This document shows, one piece after another, positions 39,892-50,470 of a stretch of DNA of 64,000 nt. The stretch is taken from positions 32,001-96,000 of IMG/VR virus record IMGVR_UViG_2939020026_000003, one strand, 5' to 3'. This stretch comes from a virus. Its lineage: Duplodnaviria; Caudoviricetes. The notes under the pieces are model-generated. The model was not told where the DNA came from and ran no database searches. It worked only from the letters and a program-made list of their open reading frames with translations. Position 1 is the first letter of the stretch. Every line of letters starts with the position of its first letter. Made by a program: the position numbers and the translations under genes.

Positions 39892-40314
39892 GTGAAGGGA
39901 TTCTTGAGAGCTGTGGTGATGTGTGTGGGGCTGGCTGGTTCGCTTCATGCTGTAGCTGCTGATATTCAGTTCATGTACAAAATCCTCGCACCAACGGATC
40001 TGGCAAACCTGAAGGGGTGTGGCAAGGGTGAGCTTTACGATGGCTACCTCTCGTCTCTGCGGAAAGGCTTGGAGGTTGCGCCGGAAATCGACCACAAGCG
40101 AATCCCCGAATTCATGAAGAACCTTCAAGCCAAGGTGGATGTGGAGTATCACCTCATGGGCTACAAAGCCTATGACGAATATGAGGCGTCTGGTAAGCCC
40201 GGTCCAAACCCATCTGCGGTGGTAAGGGAAGGCTGCGAAGAAGGCGTGAGCGAAGCATTGAAGAACAGAATCAAGATCAATGAGCTGAGCATGAAAGCTC
40301 TTGGTGCCCGCTGA
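39892..40314 (+). CDS. Hypothetical exported protein
   Basis: Signal peptide, two Cys in the mature part, AGGA RBS. Confidence 0.7.
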   Translation: MKGFLRAVVMCVGLAGSLHAVAADIQFMYKILAPTDLANLKGCGKGELYDGYLSSLRKGLEVAPEIDHKRIPEFMKNLQAKVDVEYHLMGYKAYDEYEASGKPGPNPSAVVREGCEEGVSEALKNRIKINELSMKALGAR

Positions 40315-40335
40315 GTTGAGCAAAGGAGCTGCAAG

Positions 40336-41094
40336 ATGAACGTTGGTTGCTACCTTCCTCCTACCTTCGAGGACTTCTGCAAGGCGCTGGGCATGACCTC
40401 AGTGCCTGTGTATTTCGAGCCAAATTACGCCGGTCTGCAGGTCGCTGAGCGCCGTTGTGACTGGGTGGTTGATGGTGCGGTGAGACTGGCTACTGAGATC
40501 ACCATCGCTGAAGACAAATCTATTCATGCAGTGGTTTCCCAAAAGCCTGATATGAATGAAATTTTGAGCAGGTCTGACAACATCAATGTCTTCAAGAAAA
40601 ATCTATGGTTCTTGAAATCCCTGACCGACGAAAAGATTCAAACAGACAGAAATGCCAAGGCAGATTGGAGCAGTATCAAATCCGCTTTTCGACTGTTTAA
40701 CCGTGCGCGCAAAGCTGGTGAGAATATTGACGGTAAGAAATCCAAGCTGTTGAAGGTGGTGAAGGATCTGGAGAAGAAATACAAAGCTGATAGCGAGCAT
40801 GAAATTCTCAAGCCACATCGCAACCTTCTTCATAAAAGGAAAGAGCTGGCTCGAAATATCTTTCCTTACAATATCGTCGATATTTACAATCGTGCCCAAG
40901 CTTCTTCCAAATCAGCAGGCGCTGTAGATAAACGGTCAAGAGTTCAGATTGGGCTTGGTGTGCAAAGCACTTTTGTCGCGAAAAAGGTTAAGCGTGATTC
41001 TGTCGTTCTGGATGACAAAACGACTCCAACCAAGACCACTGACAAAAGCATTTTGTACGCGGCTGGATGGAGTCTCAAACCGGAAGAACGTTAG
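40336..41094 (+). CDS. Hypothetical basic protein
   Basis: AAGGAG RBS; 252 aa. Confidence 0.7.
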   Translation: MNVGCYLPPTFEDFCKALGMTSVPVYFEPNYAGLQVAERRCDWVVDGAVRLATEITIAEDKSIHAVVSQKPDMNEILSRSDNINVFKKNLWFLKSLTDEKIQTDRNAKADWSSIKSAFRLFNRARKAGENIDGKKSKLLKVVKDLEKKYKADSEHEILKPHRNLLHKRKELARNIFPYNIVDIYNRAQASSKSAGAVDKRSRVQIGLGVQSTFVAKKVKRDSVVLDDKTTPTKTTDKSILYAAGWSLKPEER

Positions 41095-41096
41095 GT

Positions 41097-42005
41097 TTAG
41101 GCTTTTGCTTCTGGCAGGTAAGTACACCAGAGCTTCTTATCCTCGGCATTCCTACCCGGCTTCCAGTAGACCTCGCCAGACAGCTCGTTTGGCACCTTAT
41201 AGACGATCTTCGTGTTGAGCTTGATGAGAGGGTTCAGCGACCTCATGCGGATGCCGTAGCCCTCGCTCATGATGGATTCGGTGGTGTCGAACTTGTAATC
41301 CTTGCCGTCCTTGCTGATGAACAAGCTGCCTTCCAGTGGTAGCCGACCTTCATTGTCGGTGTTCTTGAAGGTCGCGTTCACAGTGAGGAATCGCGCATCA
41401 GGATCTGGCTTCACCGTGGAGTAGCGGTTGCCTGTGTCGATGGTCTTGCTGATTGTGCAGTCATTGACTGTCACATCGAAGTAGCCAGCCTGCCCGTGCA
41501 TGGCTTCCTGCTTGGCTTGAAGCCCTTTCAGGTAGCTGGTGGCGTAGGTGTTGTAGCTATTGGTATAGGTCTCGCCAATCGCATCTATGCGGCAGAAGAG
41601 AGTGTTGGCAGTGTCCTTGGTCCACTTGTGCTCAGGGTTTCTCTGTTCGTAGGCAGATTCAGCCTCGGCAAGATCGTGGCTCATTTGCCGTGCAAGCCCT
41701 TGGCTCTTGGCTAGCTCCTTGAGTTTCAGTACATCTGCATTGAAGTCTTTGCCTTTTCGCTGCGCGTAGAAATCAGCCAAAACCGCGTCTCTTCCCAGCG
41801 CGAAGCGCAAGAACTGGGCTGTCGATATGTCCTTTTGGTTCGAGAAAAAGAAGTCGTTCTCTTGTTCTGTGAGGTTGGACCCATCGAACGTCACCACTGA
41901 GCAGTCAGGTAGCTCGCGCTTGGTGTCCTTCTTGCCAGCCGCACAAGCGAAGCCGGGTACTGCGAGACAAGTCATCAGAGCCAAGGCGAGACAGCTGCAG
42001 TGCAT
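41097..42005 (-). CDS. Exported protein with C-terminal DUF4352-like beta-sandwich
   Basis: Signal peptide; FLTVNATFKNTDNE...LNP......IVYKVP. Confidence 0.65.
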   Translation of the reverse strand: MHCSCLALALMTCLAVPGFACAAGKKDTKRELPDCSVVTFDGSNLTEQENDFFFSNQKDISTAQFLRFALGRDAVLADFYAQRKGKDFNADVLKLKELAKSQGLARQMSHDLAEAESAYEQRNPEHKWTKDTANTLFCRIDAIGETYTNSYNTYATSYLKGLQAKQEAMHGQAGYFDVTVNDCTISKTIDTGNRYSTVKPDPDARFLTVNATFKNTDNEGRLPLEGSLFISKDGKDYKFDTTESIMSEGYGIRMRSLNPLIKLNTKIVYKVPNELSGEVYWKPGRNAEDKKLWCTYLPEAKA

Positions 42006-42142
42006 TTCAATTCCCTTTGTGCGTAAGTCGTGCGCGAAGCCTATCCGCATGGCATGTGGCTATCAACCGATTTCTGACCTGTAAATTTAGCTAATTCGAA
42101 ATGGTAAAATGATGTAATCAAAGTTTAGTGCGGGGTAAGTGA

Positions 42143-42421
42143 ATGGGTTTTCAATATGAGGTAAGAGAAATGATAGAGACAATCGCTGAATTCTATGACC
42201 ATAGAGTTTCAGTGACAGGTTCAGGGATCGTGGTCGGTGGTGACGGAATCCATCTGGTTTTCAATGACGATGGCGAAATCACTTACTGCATCTTCGAAGG
42301 GACAGAAGTGAATCAGATCATCGACTATGCAAAATGGGTCGAGCTGGTGAAGACGGAGGGTGCTGGTACGCCGCTCGCTAACCATGCCGCTTTCCATGTC
42401 TCCAAGCGAACCCTTGCATGA
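42143..42421 (+). CDS. Hypothetical protein
   Basis: Preceded by AAATGGTAAAAT. Confidence 0.6.
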   Translation: MGFQYEVREMIETIAEFYDHRVSVTGSGIVVGGDGIHLVFNDDGEITYCIFEGTEVNQIIDYAKWVELVKTEGAGTPLANHAAFHVSKRTLA

Positions 42422-42514
42422 TTTATTGGATAATAGCTTAGGTTATTTTACGTTAGAGATAAGTTGGCGATTGCTGATTTGGTATAATGTGCCTATAACA
42501 AATAAATATGAAGC

Positions 42515-42844
42515 ATGATAAATTTTTTTGGAAGGTATTGGTTTTTGGTCTTGTCCTCGGTATGGACAGGGCTATTTATTATATTTGCGTCTTCAAGATT
42601 TGATTATTTTTTGGTTGGAGTAAATCTTGTTTTGACTCTCGTCGAATTGTTTAGAGTTATTTATGAGGACGCTGAAGAAGAAAGTAGAATGAAGCAAGTC
42701 GATGCAACGCTAAGTAATCCGCAGATTATCCAAGCTTTTGAAGCGGTTCTGAATCAAGCGGGGCGCAAAAATGTCAATGCACCTGATGATGGACCAAAGC
42801 TTATCGAAGCTATGCGAAAGGTTGCTAAGCAAGCAAAGAGATGA
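42515..42844 (+). CDS. Hypothetical membrane protein (2 TM)
   Basis: Promoter motif upstream, bidirectional terminator after. Confidence 0.7.
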   Translation: MINFFGRYWFLVLSSVWTGLFIIFASSRFDYFLVGVNLVLTLVELFRVIYEDAEEESRMKQVDATLSNPQIIQAFEAVLNQAGRKNVNAPDDGPKLIEAMRKVAKQAKR

Positions 42845-42871
42845 AATGAAGGAGCTAGTCAGCTCCTTTTT

Positions 42872-43633
42872 TCATGCGTGCTTCTGGCGTATCAAGTCCT
42901 CAAGGGCGTTCTTCTGGTCGTTCAGTGTTTGAAGCGCCTGAGTCGCTTCCTCCAGCGCGACGGGGTGAGTCATGGAAAGGACGATTGCCATTGCCAGACC
43001 CATTTCCACACATGCGAGCAAGCCCCACTCATAGCCGTGGTTCCCGACCGAATACAGACCTACATTTTCGAACCGGGTGAATCCTTCTGTATCGTCGATG
43101 ATTCTTGTGTGAAGGGTGACTGTCTTGGCGTTGGGGTGTGCGCCAAAGTCGATGGCGCCTTCATACAGCTCGTACATCCAATCGCCTAGTCCCGGTCCTC
43201 GGGCGTTTACGATTTTTTGGGCTGCCTTGATGGGAGACTGAAAGGCATTTTTGCAGGCTTTCAGAGCTTCTGGTGAGTTGTTCCGACTCATCCAGATTTC
43301 AGTCAGGGACTGAGTTTCGTCCTCTGCCATCAAAAGGGCATAACAAGCGGTTTCCAGTCCTGTTCTGAGGATTGGATGAACACCAGCAGCATGACCAGTC
43401 AAGCCCACGCGGAACGCCGTCATCAGCAGGAACCGAGCGTTGATGAGCATGGAGTGTATAACCAGCTCGTCAGGTGCTACGGCGGGTCCGCTGACGTGTT
43501 TTCTTAGGTAGGAATCAAGGTCGTCCATCATGGTCAGGAACGGTGAACCTGCAGCCAGAATTTCGTCCAGATTTTCGGTCCCGGCATTCAGGTAGGCGCG
43601 GAACGAATCATCACCATTGCTACTAAACATCAC
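42872..43633 (-). CDS. Helical protein, HEPN-like (DUF5677-type) candidate
   Basis: ILRTGLE and Y....DFGAHPN motifs. Confidence 0.55.
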   Translation of the reverse strand: MMFSSNGDDSFRAYLNAGTENLDEILAAGSPFLTMMDDLDSYLRKHVSGPAVAPDELVIHSMLINARFLLMTAFRVGLTGHAAGVHPILRTGLETACYALLMAEDETQSLTEIWMSRNNSPEALKACKNAFQSPIKAAQKIVNARGPGLGDWMYELYEGAIDFGAHPNAKTVTLHTRIIDDTEGFTRFENVGLYSVGNHGYEWGLLACVEMGLAMAIVLSMTHPVALEEATQALQTLNDQKNALEDLIRQKHA

Positions 43634-44145
43634 ACACTCTCGCTACGTTTTTTTTTCAGTTCAGCCTTGTATTTCAACGCCTCGGCTTCGATAGCCTCCA
43701 GCGTCCATCCAGCTTTAAGCCACAGCGGCTCAAGCAGAGCGGTGAGGCGTTTGTCTGTCTCGGAAAACAGCTCAATGTCCTTATTCAAGGCAGTGACAAT
43801 CTCGTCGAAACCTCCCGCGTACAGCACGTCCATACTCTCGCGAAAAAAGGTGTGAGCAAGGTGGTTCCTGCGCTTGTTCGACCTGTGAATTAGCGATTCC
43901 AAGTCGGCTGGTACGGTCGTGATTTTCTTGAGGGAGTGGACCAGCTTGCCGAAGGTTTTCGAGAAGTTCTCTTCAAAAAAATCCTCGTATTCTTCGTCTG
44001 TCCAATCGCGCTTACGGGGCAAGAAATCGAGGAAGAACAGGGCGTTCACGATCCCATGCTCCAGCACCTGCGCCATGTGCATCGCCGCGCCGTAGTAGGC
44101 GCACATCTCTTTAAACTGGAGGGACTGAGGGTCAAGCTCTTCCAT
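43630..44145 (-). CDS. HEPN-like protein with RxxxxH motif
   Basis: AQVLE, TFGKL and RNHLAH motifs. Confidence 0.65.
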   Translation of the reverse strand: MEELDPQSLQFKEMCAYYGAAMHMAQVLEHGIVNALFFLDFLPRKRDWTDEEYEDFFEENFSKTFGKLVHSLKKITTVPADLESLIHRSNKRRNHLAHTFFRESMDVLYAGGFDEIVTALNKDIELFSETDKRLTALLEPLWLKAGWTLEAIEAEALKYKAELKKKRSESV

Positions 44146-44918
44146 CGAAATTCCTAGGTCTGCTGATCGTTCCTTGGGGATGGTGAATCATACCCAGCGA
44201 CTATGCGCGGCTCCAGCGACAGCAGTCGTGCTTGTTCGCCAGTCAGTGCGTCCCTATGATTGGGTAAGCCCAAGCAGGAGGGCGCTCATTTCCCTGCAAC
44301 ACCCACCATGACAGGGACTGTCTGAATACCTGTTTTGCGATACGGATTTCCTATGATCGACTTCAACAAGGCTTTTGGTAAATCTAACGAGCCGAGTGAA
44401 ACAGACAAACCCAAAATTGTGATTCACAGGTCTCAGGCAGAAGCTGAGGCTGAAACGGGCTATTTTTATATTAGCTCTATGATTGTTTCTGCCAAGGTTG
44501 CAGATGCTATTAGGGATTTTGTGAATAGCAAAGGGTTGAGAACCTATACCCGCGAAAACAAACGCAAAACATCAAATAATTATTACACGCTAAAATTCAC
44601 CTTAAAGCTCTACTATATTGACCCCTATAGGAACAATGCCACGAAATATGGCTGGATTGACCATAGGGGGCACGAAGGAAATTTCAAGTCTTCATTGAAA
44701 GGAACCACTTTCCGTAGGCTTGACAAATTTGGTGAGTATGAATCATTCCATCACGGACCCTCACAAGAGACAGTCGCTAAGTACGAAGAGATTTGGGAAA
44801 AGACGCCTGACCTCAGTATCCGTCCGGCCAAGTCACCTACCCAACCCCGCAAAGCCCAGACATGGTGTGCACTTAAATTCAGGTGGACACCAGTTCTAGC
44901 CTTTTAAGCGGGTAATTC

Positions 44919-45251
44919 ATGCAGCCAACACGTCGTTCCTATTCCAAATCCTTCAAGATTCAGGTCATTCAAGAGTGTGCCCAGCCCGGTGCTTCAATTG
45001 CCAGCATCGCTCTGCGCCATAACCTCAACGCAAATCTCGTCCACAAATGGATTCGGTTGCAAGCGCCAAAAAGCACAGCGCTTCAACCTGCCTTCATTCC
45101 GCTACCTCTGCCAACGAACGCAGTAAATCAGCACGCCGCTTCGCCGAGCATCTGCGTCGAGATTGAGCACCCTCGTGGCACTGTCAAAGTGAACTGGCCA
45201 ACTGAAAGTGCTGATGCCTGCGCCTCTTTTCTTCGAGACTTGCTGCGATGA
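44919..45251 (+). CDS. tnpA: IS66 accessory protein TnpA
   Basis: RRSYSKSFK...IALRHNLNANLVHKW HTH. Confidence 0.93.
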   Translation: MQPTRRSYSKSFKIQVIQECAQPGASIASIALRHNLNANLVHKWIRLQAPKSTALQPAFIPLPLPTNAVNQHAASPSICVEIEHPRGTVKVNWPTESADACASFLRDLLR

Positions 45252-45583
45252 TTCGTATCGATGCCATCTGGCTCGCAACCGAGCCAATGGATATGCGCGC
45301 AGGCACTGAGACGGCGATGGCCAGAGTGATCGCTGTTTTTGGTGCGGCGAAGCCGCACTGCGCTTATCTGTTTGCCAACCGCCGAGCCACTCGCATGAAA
45401 GTTCTGGTGCATGACGGGTTTGGCGTTTGGCTGGCGGCACGCCGCTTGAATCAGGGCAAGTTTCATTGGCCAGGCGTGCGCAATGGTTCGCAAATGGCGC
45501 TCGAAACTGAGCAGCTTCACGCCCTGATACTGGGTCTGCCGTGGCAGCGCACTGGGTCAGGCGGTGCGATCACATTGCTTTAA
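45248..45583 (+). CDS. tnpB: IS66 accessory protein TnpB
   Basis: DMRAG, KVLVHDGFG and RRLNQGKF motifs. Confidence 0.95.
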   Translation: MIRIDAIWLATEPMDMRAGTETAMARVIAVFGAAKPHCAYLFANRRATRMKVLVHDGFGVWLAARRLNQGKFHWPGVRNGSQMALETEQLHALILGLPWQRTGSGGAITLL

Positions 45584-45635
45584 CCTCTGCCATTAGCCTA
45601 TCGGTGTATCGTCGAGCGACGTCTGCTCTGGCAAA

Positions 45636-47171
45636 ATGAACGGCATGACTTCCTTGCCCACTCTCGACCACTTATCCCCCGACCAACTGCGTGCTTTGGC
45701 TGCGCAGTTGATGTCGCAAGTCGAGACAATGGGCAAGAAGATCCATCACGATCAGGCGATTATCGAAAAGCTGACCCACGAGATCGCCCAGCTCAAGCGC
45801 TTCAAGTTTGCCAAGCGCAGCGAACAGTTGAACCCCCTGCAAACCAGTTTCCTGGATGATCTGATCGATACTGACATCGCAGCGATTGAAGCAGAGCTTC
45901 AGGCCCTACAAACAGTGCCTGTGGCGACCGAGAAAAAACAAAAGCCCAAGCGCACTGCATTACCAGAAGCGTTTCCACGCACGTTGATTCTGCATGAGCC
46001 GGACAACACGCAATGCACATGTGGCTGCGCACTCAAACGTATTGGTGAGGACGTCAGCGAAAAACTGGATTACACGCCCGGCGTGTTTACCGTCGAGCGT
46101 CATGTCCGTGGCAAGTGGGTGTGTGAAGATTGCGAAACGCTGATTCAGGCACCTGTTCCAGCGCAGATCATCGACAAAGGTATCCCGACAGCCGGCTTGC
46201 TCGCGCATGTCATGATCGCAAAGTTTGCTGACCATCTTCCGCTTTACCGCCAAGAGTCGATCTTTGGTCGAGCTGGGCTGGCCATTTCGCGCTCTACTCT
46301 GGCCCAGTGGGTTGGCGTTACCGGTGTGCAGTTGCAGCCTTTGGCCGATGCACTGCGCGATGTAGTACTGGAACAGAACATAGTCCACGCCGATGAAACA
46401 CCGGTGCAGATGCTTTCACCGGGTGAGAAGAAAACTCACCGTGCTTATGTCTGGGCTTATGCCACTGGCCAGTTCTGCGAAACAGCAGCTGTCGTTTATG
46501 ATTTCAGCCCAAGCCGCGCTGGTGAACATGCTCGCGACTTCCTGCAAGACTGGAAGGGCAAGCTGGTATGCGATGATTTTGGCGGATACAAGGCCAGCTT
46601 TGAACTCGGCGTGACCGAGATCGGCTGCATGGCCCATGCGCGACGCAAGTTCTTTGAACTGCATGCCACCAACAAAAGCACGCTTGCCGAACAGGCCCTG
46701 CGCTACATTCAGTTGCTGTACGAAATAGAACGCGAAGCCCGCGACCTGGAACCGGAGTTACGATATCGAATACGGCAAGAAAAAGCCGTACCGGTGATGG
46801 AAATGCTGCATGCCTGGATGATCGCCCAGCGTGATCTCGTGCCCGAAGGCTCAGCGATTAGCAGAGCGTTGGATTACAGCTTGAGACGCTGGGCAGCGCT
46901 GTCGCGCTACCTCGATGACGGGGCCGTACCCATAGATAATAATTGGGCCGAGAACCAGATGCGGCCATGGGCCCTTGGTCGTAAGAACTGGCTCTTCGCA
47001 GGTTCACTGCGCAGCGGAAAGCGAGCGGCTGCGATCATGAGTTTGATCCAGTCTGCACGGCTCAACGGCCATGACCCGTATGCGTACCTGAAAGATGTTC
47101 TCACGCGCCTGCCGACGCATCGGGCGAGTGAGATTGGTCAGTTACTGCCGCATAACTGGAAACCAGTTTAG
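45636..47171 (+). CDS. tnpC: IS66 transposase TnpC
   Basis: Zn-finger, HADETP, CMAHARRKF, IDNNWAEN and GRKNWLF motifs. Confidence 0.97.
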   Translation: MNGMTSLPTLDHLSPDQLRALAAQLMSQVETMGKKIHHDQAIIEKLTHEIAQLKRFKFAKRSEQLNPLQTSFLDDLIDTDIAAIEAELQALQTVPVATEKKQKPKRTALPEAFPRTLILHEPDNTQCTCGCALKRIGEDVSEKLDYTPGVFTVERHVRGKWVCEDCETLIQAPVPAQIIDKGIPTAGLLAHVMIAKFADHLPLYRQESIFGRAGLAISRSTLAQWVGVTGVQLQPLADALRDVVLEQNIVHADETPVQMLSPGEKKTHRAYVWAYATGQFCETAAVVYDFSPSRAGEHARDFLQDWKGKLVCDDFGGYKASFELGVTEIGCMAHARRKFFELHATNKSTLAEQALRYIQLLYEIEREARDLEPELRYRIRQEKAVPVMEMLHAWMIAQRDLVPEGSAISRALDYSLRRWAALSRYLDDGAVPIDNNWAENQMRPWALGRKNWLFAGSLRSGKRAAAIMSLIQSARLNGHDPYAYLKDVLTRLPTHRASEIGQLLPHNWKPV

Positions 47172-47367
47172 TTACGCAAGACGGGATGGCCGGACGGATA
47201 CTGACCTCAAGCAGCTCTACTTCTGGATTTGCCAAAAATACCCAAGTCATATCAAAGACATGTCTTACACCAAGATCAAACCAGCCTATCTGAACGATGA
47301 TGACGAAGACTTTGCTTACGGCGATGAATTCGACTGATCCATTTCCCTCATTTTAAAGGAATGACCA

Positions 47368-48066
47368 GTGAAGCCAGATCTACCCAAGCGACTCGAATCT
47401 AAGGTGCGTAATGCCCTCGCCAAGGTGCAAACCATCAGAGATTCCATCGTCCATTCTGAGATCAAGCTTGCTGAGGAACAGGCAGTTGTCGATGAATTTG
47501 AGTCTGACCCGGTAGCCTTTGCTGCAAGGAAATACCCACGGCATGACGTGGATTCCTACCCAGTCCAGACCCACATTTCCCGCAAGCGAGAAAGCATCGA
47601 GTATCAGCTAAAGCGAAAGCCAGAACGCTGGATCGAGCTGGAAGAAGCAGAAGCGAACCTCGCTAGGGTCGAAGCAGAGGTGCTTGCTGAGGTGGCATCC
47701 ATGCGTCCATCTTCGGGACGGCTCCCGTATCCTTCGCCTTTGCCTCCATTCGAGGTTCAACGTCAGGTTACGATTTCTGAGCATCAGGCATTTCGCATTC
47801 AGGAAAAAGCTGACCATGCAGTGTATATGGCTGAGATCGAGCGGGAATCGCAAGAGGAAGACGCTGAGCTACAACGTCAGTCCGATCTTGAAGATGAACA
47901 ATACAGGGAAGAGCGGCGGCTGCGGCTGGCGTCCATGACTGAGGATGAACGTCAGGTGTTGCTTGCCCACGAGGCACGATTCAGCGAGCTTCTGCGGTCG
48001 GGGAAGGTTACTGTCCACGATGTAATCGCTCATCTGAACCAGAAGAACGTTGAAAAGGATGGCTGA
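47368..48066 (+). CDS. Hypothetical coiled-coil protein
   Basis: 232 aa, charged and helical. Confidence 0.65.
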   Translation: MKPDLPKRLESKVRNALAKVQTIRDSIVHSEIKLAEEQAVVDEFESDPVAFAARKYPRHDVDSYPVQTHISRKRESIEYQLKRKPERWIELEEAEANLARVEAEVLAEVASMRPSSGRLPYPSPLPPFEVQRQVTISEHQAFRIQEKADHAVYMAEIERESQEEDAELQRQSDLEDEQYREERRLRLASMTEDERQVLLAHEARFSELLRSGKVTVHDVIAHLNQKNVEKDG

Positions 48067-48187
48067 GCGCAGAATGCTCAGCCAGTATTTCCCATTCTCT
48101 ACGCTTTACGTTGGTTTTTTTGAGATTTCTTTGCGTAAGGCGTAGTTCGCCAGTCGATTTTTTCTCTGAACCTGACCAGAATGTAGG

Positions 48188-48994
48188 TTACTGCTTGGAG
48201 CTGGATACAGCGATGATCTGCTTCACTTTGTTTTGGCTCTCGCCAAGCAGTACGGCAATTTCCTTGTGATCCTTGCCTTGACTCACCATGTCCATGATTT
48301 TGGCGGGCAGTATTTCCATTTTGTAGATGGAAGCTGATTCACGCGCAATTCGGTTAAGGTCAAATGATAGGAAGTCGCCGCCAAATTTCTTGGCAGCAAG
48401 GCTGACTCGATCACTGATATTCTTAGCGAGATAGAAATTATCATCCTCTGCTAATTTTCTAGCGTAGTCAGCAATTTCTTCTTCGGTTTTGTAGATTTCA
48501 GTGAAATCTTCATCATCATCTGGATCTTCATCGACTGGCTCGTAAATCGAACACAGCATTCTGAGCTTCGATTGTGTGACATGCTCAACAATCATTGGCG
48601 GGTTGTTGAAGATCGCGTATGTAGTGAACTCGATGTTTTTCCCTGCCGCTTCTGATTGGAGCTTCTTGACCTCATCCAGACGATTTTGGCTCTCGGAATA
48701 CCCAATCATAAAATCTAGGATCATTCCCTCCGTACCGTTGGTGGTGCCTGCTACCAGCTCGACAACAACGAAGGAAGGAATGTTGGTTTTTATCCATTCG
48801 TTCAGGTCGCCAGTTATGTCCATATCAACCGTCAGATGATTCTTGGTATTGCGCAGCGATCCCATCGTGAAAGGAACCTTGCTTTCAAGGCAGAAGGATT
48901 CGATAGCCTTGTACGAAGCGACCAGATTGCTGACCTCAGTCTCAACATCAAGCGCCAAAATGGTGTCCAGTATTGAGTCCAAATCCTTGTTCAT
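48188..48994 (-). CDS. Hypothetical protein with C-terminal HTH
   Basis: Likely start MNKDL; GKDHKEIAVLLGESQNKVKQII. Confidence 0.65.
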   Translation of the reverse strand: MNKDLDSILDTILALDVETEVSNLVASYKAIESFCLESKVPFTMGSLRNTKNHLTVDMDITGDLNEWIKTNIPSFVVVELVAGTTNGTEGMILDFMIGYSESQNRLDEVKKLQSEAAGKNIEFTTYAIFNNPPMIVEHVTQSKLRMLCSIYEPVDEDPDDDEDFTEIYKTEEEIADYARKLAEDDNFYLAKNISDRVSLAAKKFGGDFLSFDLNRIARESASIYKMEILPAKIMDMVSQGKDHKEIAVLLGESQNKVKQIIAVSSSKQ

Positions 48995-49100
48995 AACAGT
49001 CCCTTTGTGGCGTTCATTTGTTAGTTCGTCAGACCTGGCTCTGACGGTCGTGGTAAGCGCGTCTGACGAAGGTAAGACGTACATCATACGATGGTCAGAC

Positions 49101-49694
49101 TTAGTAGCGGTGGTCGAATAGGGCGCTGTAGCTTTTGTACAAGGCGTCATACTTTTCCCAAGAGGTTGCACCACTGGCGACGTAGAAGGTGAGGATCGTT
49201 TCCTTGCCCATGTCCTTGGGTTTGGTCAGAACCTTGTTAGCCAGATCCCAATACTGGCGCAGCATCTGGTCATTCGCTTTACGAGGGATGGGATAACGTC
49301 CAGCCCAAACGACTGATTCTTGATAGAACCTGAGTATTCGCTTATCGTTGACCTTAGGCTTTGTGCCTACCAGTGAAGCCAGCTCGTTCAGATCGTGGAT
49401 CTCAGGCGCTGCATCACCGCGACTCACAAGGACGGCTTTCATCAAGACTTCCAAAGAGAGTCCACAGAGCATGTGATAAACGGGATTGCAGGCTGTGTGC
49501 ATACTGAAACCTTTTCCCAACCCCAGCGTATCTGTGATGCTCTGATGGTTCTCACTGCGCATCGAGTACCAGATAGCCCCGGCAGAAGCGTGAAGGTCGT
49601 TGGCACGGTTCAACCAGTGATTACGATGATTTCTATCCTCTACAAGGGACGGGCGCTCGTAGTCGTCATCGTATCCATCAATCTCATAGGTCAT
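49101..49694 (-). CDS. HEPN-domain-like protein
   Basis: W...A..L...A, SLEVLMKA, HDLNELA and RYP motifs. Confidence 0.7.
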   Translation of the reverse strand: MTYEIDGYDDDYERPSLVEDRNHRNHWLNRANDLHASAGAIWYSMRSENHQSITDTLGLGKGFSMHTACNPVYHMLCGLSLEVLMKAVLVSRGDAAPEIHDLNELASLVGTKPKVNDKRILRFYQESVVWAGRYPIPRKANDQMLRQYWDLANKVLTKPKDMGKETILTFYVASGATSWEKYDALYKSYSALFDHRY

Positions 49695-49765
49695 TTTAAA
49701 ATCCCTTTATTATGTTCACAGGCACAAAAAAGCCCCGATGAAGGGGCTTCTTTTAGATCGCCAGA

Positions 49766-50470
49766 TTAAGCTTTGACGATGGTGAAACCTTCGAAAGCCG
49801 TGCCAGCACTGATGGCGTCGATGATTGCTTTACGACCAACGTTCTTCGAAACAGAACCATCTTTGTGCTTGAAGTTTTCAGCGGTGACGTTCTTGTTGTC
49901 AGCGCCAAACTTGAAGCCCAGCAATTCGTAAGCTTCTTTGTCCTTGAAATGCGCGACTGGACCTTGGCTCTGGTGAATAGTGGCTTTTTTGCCATCAGGA
50001 GAGGTGATGGTGTAAGCCACTGGATCTTTCTTCTCGCGTGGCTCAGTGTTGCGGGGCTTTTTGGGCGCTTCACCAGAAGTAGCATTTTGCAGTGCTACGT
50101 TAGTGCCTTTGATAACCTCAACAGCAATGGTATAAGCCAAATCGCGGATTTCTGGACCCCACGCTTGGACAATGGTCTCAAACTTGTCAGTGCCACGAAT
50201 TTCTTTGAATTTCTGACCAAGATTCTTTTCGTCCAGCTTGGCTTGTTTCAGTTCACCGAAAAGCGCTTCCAGCTTGGAATCATCGCCTTCACCAGCGGCT
50301 TTTGCGATATTTGAGTGAATATCAGCAATTTTAGTGCTGGCACCAACAGAAGTGATTTTCTTGAAAATAGCAGTGCCTAATTCTTTTGCTTCTTGGTTGT
50401 AGAAGCGCTCGCCAAGAACCTTGTCGAATTCAGTCTGAGCAGCGCTAGGAGCTTTCGGCGTGTTTACCAT
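49766..50470 (-). CDS. Hypothetical protein, paralog A of a tandem pair
   Basis: Shares motifs with 50632-51354; terminator after. Confidence 0.8.
   Translation of the reverse strand: MVNTPKAPSAAQTEFDKVLGERFYNQEAKELGTAIFKKITSVGASTKIADIHSNIAKAAGEGDDSKLEALFGELKQAKLDEKNLGQKFKEIRGTDKFETIVQAWGPEIRDLAYTIAVEVIKGTNVALQNATSGEAPKKPRNTEPREKKDPVAYTITSPDGKKATIHQSQGPVAHFKDKEAYELLGFKFGADNKNVTAENFKHKDGSVSKNVGRKAIIDAISAGTAFEGFTIVKA

Larger units (their letters stand above)
44816..47201 (+). mobile_element. IS66-family element (2386 bp)
   Basis: IRs GTATCCGTCCGGCCA / TGGCCGGACGGATAC; 8-bp duplication TGACCTCA at 44808-44815 and 47202-47209. Confidence 0.97.
44353..47337 (+). pseudogene. Hypothetical gene (196 aa rejoined) split by IS66
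   Basis: In-frame join ...EKTPDL|KQLYFWICQK... Confidence 0.75.

Noticed and set aside
42872-49694. Integron cassette array
   Set aside because: No recurring attC-like RYYYAAC...GTTRRRY sites seen and no integron integrase.
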